The translations under genes were made by a program, and so were the position numbers. This document shows positions 60,931-64,000 of a stretch of 64,000 nt of DNA, piece by piece (within the stretch, counting starts at the first letter, position 1; every line of letters begins with the position of its first letter). The notes beneath the pieces were generated by a model that saw only the letters and a program-made list of their open reading frames with translations, did not search any database and was not told the origin of the DNA. This stretch comes from Terriglobia bacterium (GTDB lineage Bacteria; Acidobacteriota; Terriglobia; Acidiferrales; UBA7541). The stretch lies in NCBI GenBank assembly GCA_963695545.1, contig OY968796.1:3488001-3552000 (forward strand). The letters run 5' to 3'.

Positions 60931-61917
60931 CTAGTAGGCGGCGAGTTGTTCGATGGCCGCGACAACTTTTTCGGAGTTGACGAGGAAATATTTTTCGAGA
61001 TTGGGGGAAAACGGCATGGCCGGGATGTCTGGTCCGGTGACGCGCACGACGGGGCCGTCGAGATAATCGAAGGCTTCTTCGCCGATGATTGCGGCAATCT
61101 CCGCGCCGATGCCCATGGTCTTTTTGTCTTCGTGGACCACGAGAACCTTGTTGGTTTTGCGCACGGATTCGAGAATGGTTTCTTTATCGAGCGGGGACAG
61201 GGTGCGGAGGTCGATGACCTCGGCTTCAACGCCGCGCTTCGACATGGCTTCGGCGGCTTCCAGCGCGACGCCGACCATGTAGCCATACGAAATAATCGTC
61301 AAATCGGAGCCTTCGCGGCGAACGGCGGCTTTTCCGATGGGCACGGTGTAATCGCCTTCGGGCACTTCGCCCTTGATCGAACGATAGAGGCGTTTGTGCT
61401 CAAAGAAAAGCACGGGCGAAGAATCGCGAATGGAGGCGAGCAGCATGCCCTTGGCGTCATAAGGCGTCGAAGGCATGACGACTTTCAGGCCGGGCTCGTG
61501 GACAAACCACGCGGCATTTTCTTGCGAGTGATAGATGCCGCCGCCCACGCCGCCGCCGCAGCAGATGCGCGTGGTGAAGGCACAGCTAAAGCCGCCGGCG
61601 CTGCGATAATGAAGTTTCGCGGCTTGCTGGACGAGCTGATCCATCGCCGGCGTGATGAAATCGGTGAATTGAATTTCGGGCACCGGGCGCAGGCCCATCA
61701 TCGCGCAGCCGATGGCGGAGGCGATGATGATGCCCTCGGCGAGCGGCGTATCGAGGACGCGGTCTTCGCCGTACTTGTCGAGCAAGCCCGCCGTGGCTTT
61801 GAAAACGCCGCCGGAAAGGCCGATATCTTCGCCGAGAATGAAGACGCGTTCATCGCGCCCCAGCTCTTGATCGAGCGCCTCGGTAATCGCATCAATAAAA
61901 GTGAGAATACGTGCCAT
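60931..61917 (-). CDS. 2-oxoacid dehydrogenase E1 beta subunit
   Basis: GEDIG, DTPLAE, EIQFTDF, HSQ, EVIDLRTL. Confidence 0.95.
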   Translation of the reverse strand: MARILTFIDAITEALDQELGRDERVFILGEDIGLSGGVFKATAGLLDKYGEDRVLDTPLAEGIIIASAIGCAMMGLRPVPEIQFTDFITPAMDQLVQQAAKLHYRSAGGFSCAFTTRICCGGGVGGGIYHSQENAAWFVHEPGLKVVMPSTPYDAKGMLLASIRDSSPVLFFEHKRLYRSIKGEVPEGDYTVPIGKAAVRREGSDLTIISYGYMVGVALEAAEAMSKRGVEAEVIDLRTLSPLDKETILESVRKTNKVLVVHEDKKTMGIGAEIAAIIGEEAFDYLDGPVVRVTGPDIPAMPFSPNLEKYFLVNSEKVVAAIEQLAAY

Positions 61918-61933
61918 CGTTCCCAAGTCTCCT

Positions 61934-62941
61934 TCAGGACCAGACGTGCGTGGCGGCGTCTTCGGGCTGGGGGAACGGACTATCCTCAGCGAACGCGACA
62001 GCCTCGTCAATTTCCGCAGTGATTTCCGCGGCCACCTGCTTTTTCAGGTCTTCGGTCAGAATCTTTTTCTCGGTTAGATATTTCTCGAATTTCGCGACGG
62101 GATCTTGCTTCTTCCAGCTTTCGACTTCTTCTTTCATGCGGTACTTGGCGGGATCGATTTCCGAATGTCCATACCAGCGATAGGTTTTGCACTCGAGCAG
62201 CGTGGGGCCTTCGCCGGAGCGCGCGCGTACGATGGCCTGCGAGGCGGCGTCGTATACCGCGAGGAGATCGTTGCCATCGAGGCTGATGCCGGGAAAGCCG
62301 TAGGCCTTGGCGCGATCGGAGAGATTTTTGAGCGCGGTTTGCAGGCGAATCGGCACCGATTCGGCCCAGAGATTATTCGAGCATACGTAAACGATCGGCA
62401 GGCGATGCACGCCCGCGAAATTCAGAGCTTCGTGAAATCCGCCGATGGAGGTGGCCCCATCGCCGAAGAACGCCACGACGACGCTATCCTTGTGCAACTT
62501 CTTGATGCCCAGCGCCACGCCGGTGCCGACGTTCAATTGACCTGCGATGCTGCTGGCCGGCGTGATGACTTTTAGTTCGGGATAACCCATGTGCGCGGGG
62601 GACGAACGGCCCTGATCGGGACTGGTGGCCTTGGCGAATAATTGCGCAAAACAGAATTTCAGCGGCGCGCCCTTGATGATGTTGGAGGTCCAATCGCGGT
62701 GCGATGGGGCGATCCAATCGTCATCGCGCAGGCTGTAGGCGGCGCCGACTTCGGTGGCTTCCTGGCCGACATTCGAATAGAAATTCCCGCCGAACTTCGA
62801 CTGGCGAAACAAGATGCGCGCTTTTTCGTCCGCCATGCGGCACTTCATCAGCGAGCGGTATAAGCCGAGCAGAAGCTCGCGCGAATATGCAGTTCTGCTC
62901 GATCTCGGCTGCGTGGCAGCCGGTTGGTTCCGTGTGGCCAT
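61934..62941 (-). CDS. 2-oxoacid dehydrogenase E1 alpha subunit (TPP-dependent)
   Basis: GQEA, FGDGATS...NN TPP motif, TYRWYGHS. Confidence 0.95.
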   Translation of the reverse strand: MATRNQPAATQPRSSRTAYSRELLLGLYRSLMKCRMADEKARILFRQSKFGGNFYSNVGQEATEVGAAYSLRDDDWIAPSHRDWTSNIIKGAPLKFCFAQLFAKATSPDQGRSSPAHMGYPELKVITPASSIAGQLNVGTGVALGIKKLHKDSVVVAFFGDGATSIGGFHEALNFAGVHRLPIVYVCSNNLWAESVPIRLQTALKNLSDRAKAYGFPGISLDGNDLLAVYDAASQAIVRARSGEGPTLLECKTYRWYGHSEIDPAKYRMKEEVESWKKQDPVAKFEKYLTEKKILTEDLKKQVAAEITAEIDEAVAFAEDSPFPQPEDAATHVWS

Positions 62942-63030
62942 GCGGAGCTTCTCCTGGGCTGAGGACTGGCTGCGGCCCGTAAATTAACCGTTTTATTCTA
63001 GCACACCGCGCGACAGCGGCACATGCCGAA

Positions 63031-63471
63031 TCACGCGCCGCCGTGCGGATTTTGCGGTGCCGGAATCGTCGGGGACGCGGAGCGGGAGACGAGTTGCGCG
63101 ACCAATTCCCTGTCGGCGGGGAGAAAATCGTAGGTGCCGAGAGCCGCGATGCACTCCCAGAGGATTCGCTCGAACGCCAGATTTTGCGGCGGGGCGGCGA
63201 GTTGAGCGGAGAAGAAAACCAGTTCGAGGCCACCGGCAAGTTCGGGTTGCTGCGCGTAGCGATGGCGCGTGCGGTACTGCTCGGCGCCGACTGTGCAGCC
63301 TACGCCGAGCTCTTCTTGCAGCTCCCGCGCCAAAGCTTGGGACAGCGTTTCGCCGGGCTCGACCTTGCCGCCCGGAAATTCCCACGATAATGGAAACGAG
63401 CCGGCGCGCGAACGCTGGCAGATCAGCATTCGGCCATTTTCTTCGATGAGCGCCGCGACTACAGTGACCAT
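63031..63471 (-). CDS. NUDIX hydrolase (MutT/NudG-like)
   Basis: WEFPGGKVEPGETLSQALARELQEELG Nudix box. Confidence 0.93.
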   Translation of the reverse strand: MVTVVAALIEENGRMLICQRSRAGSFPLSWEFPGGKVEPGETLSQALARELQEELGVGCTVGAEQYRTRHRYAQQPELAGGLELVFFSAQLAAPPQNLAFERILWECIAALGTYDFLPADRELVAQLVSRSASPTIPAPQNPHGGA

Positions 63472-63541
63472 TTTAATTTCGATGCGTTCCGCGAGTCGGC
63501 GGCCCGGGCCGCGCCCGTGCGAATCGAACTTCCCCGCCGAT

Positions 63542-64000
63542 TCAAATGGCTTTCATGAGCAGGCAGGTTATGTCGTCCTGCTGCGGATGGTTTCCGACGA
63601 ACACCCGAACGTCGGCCATGACGCGGTCGAGCATTTGCGCGGGCGAAGAATCCGCGCCGGCGTTGATAACTGAAACCAGCCGATCCGTCCCGTATTCGGC
63701 GCCCTGTTCGCCCACGGCTTCCACAACTCCATCGGTGAACACGACGAGCCAGTCGCCAGTTTCCATCGTGGCGCTGCCGATTTGGTAGGCGACGTGAGGC
63801 TCGACTCCGAGCGGGAGGCCGCCGTGATCGAGGTATGCGATCCGTCCCGATTTGCTGCGCAGAATCGGCCAGTTGTGTCCGGCGTTGATGTAGGTCAAGG
63901 CGCGCGTGGCGGGCTCGTACTCGGCAAAGAACGCCGTGGTGAAGCGCAAGCCGCCCTGACTGTTGCTGCACGCATAGTCATTCATCGCGCCGACAAGTCG
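63542..64000 (-). CDS. SpoIIE/PP2C-family phosphatase, C-terminal part (5' end outside the window)
   Basis: YINAGH, FTDGVVEA and QQDDIT motifs; frame open to the window edge. Confidence 0.92.
   Translation of the reverse strand, partial: RLVGAMNDYACSNSQGGLRFTTAFFAEYEPATRALTYINAGHNWPILRSKSGRIAYLDHGGLPLGVEPHVAYQIGSATMETGDWLVVFTDGVVEAVGEQGAEYGTDRLVSVINAGADSSPAQMLDRVMADVRVFVGNHPQQDDITCLLMKAI

Overview
GC-rich bacterial chromosome window. Gene content and style suggest Acidobacteriota/Terriglobia (inference). Core or metabolic blocks: leuCD, truA, pyrE, a TolC-family protein, a sugar-acid catabolic cluster, an ECF sigma/ZAS anti-sigma unit, a B12 acyl-CoA mutase operon with Liu-like enzymes, xdhC-mocA-like genes, GH79, DUF885, a CocE/NonD hydrolase and 2-oxoacid dehydrogenase E1 alpha/beta. 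An accessory region spans about 29.3-50.2 kb. It holds a LuxR-PAS regulator facing, across a perfect palindrome, an operon of four secreted proteins; three share an unnamed vicinal-cysteine (CC) repeat domain and two tandem paralogs carry 4-Cys EGF-like tails. It also holds a frameshifted ~1670-aa mosaic secreted protein and a 3-kb patch of gene fragments (IS3, duplicated cassette, tRNA-Ala 3' half, fpg fragment) bracketed by near-identical 57-bp REP-like repeats. Other notable signals: isobutyryl-CoA-mutase-type active-site residues in the mutase, a kinase gene bracketed by duplicated DUF885 3' ends, and a dispersed ~150-bp non-coding element found twice, each time behind a sigma70-like promoter. 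No CRISPR, rRNA or intact tRNA was seen. All assignments come from motif recognition; no database searches were run.
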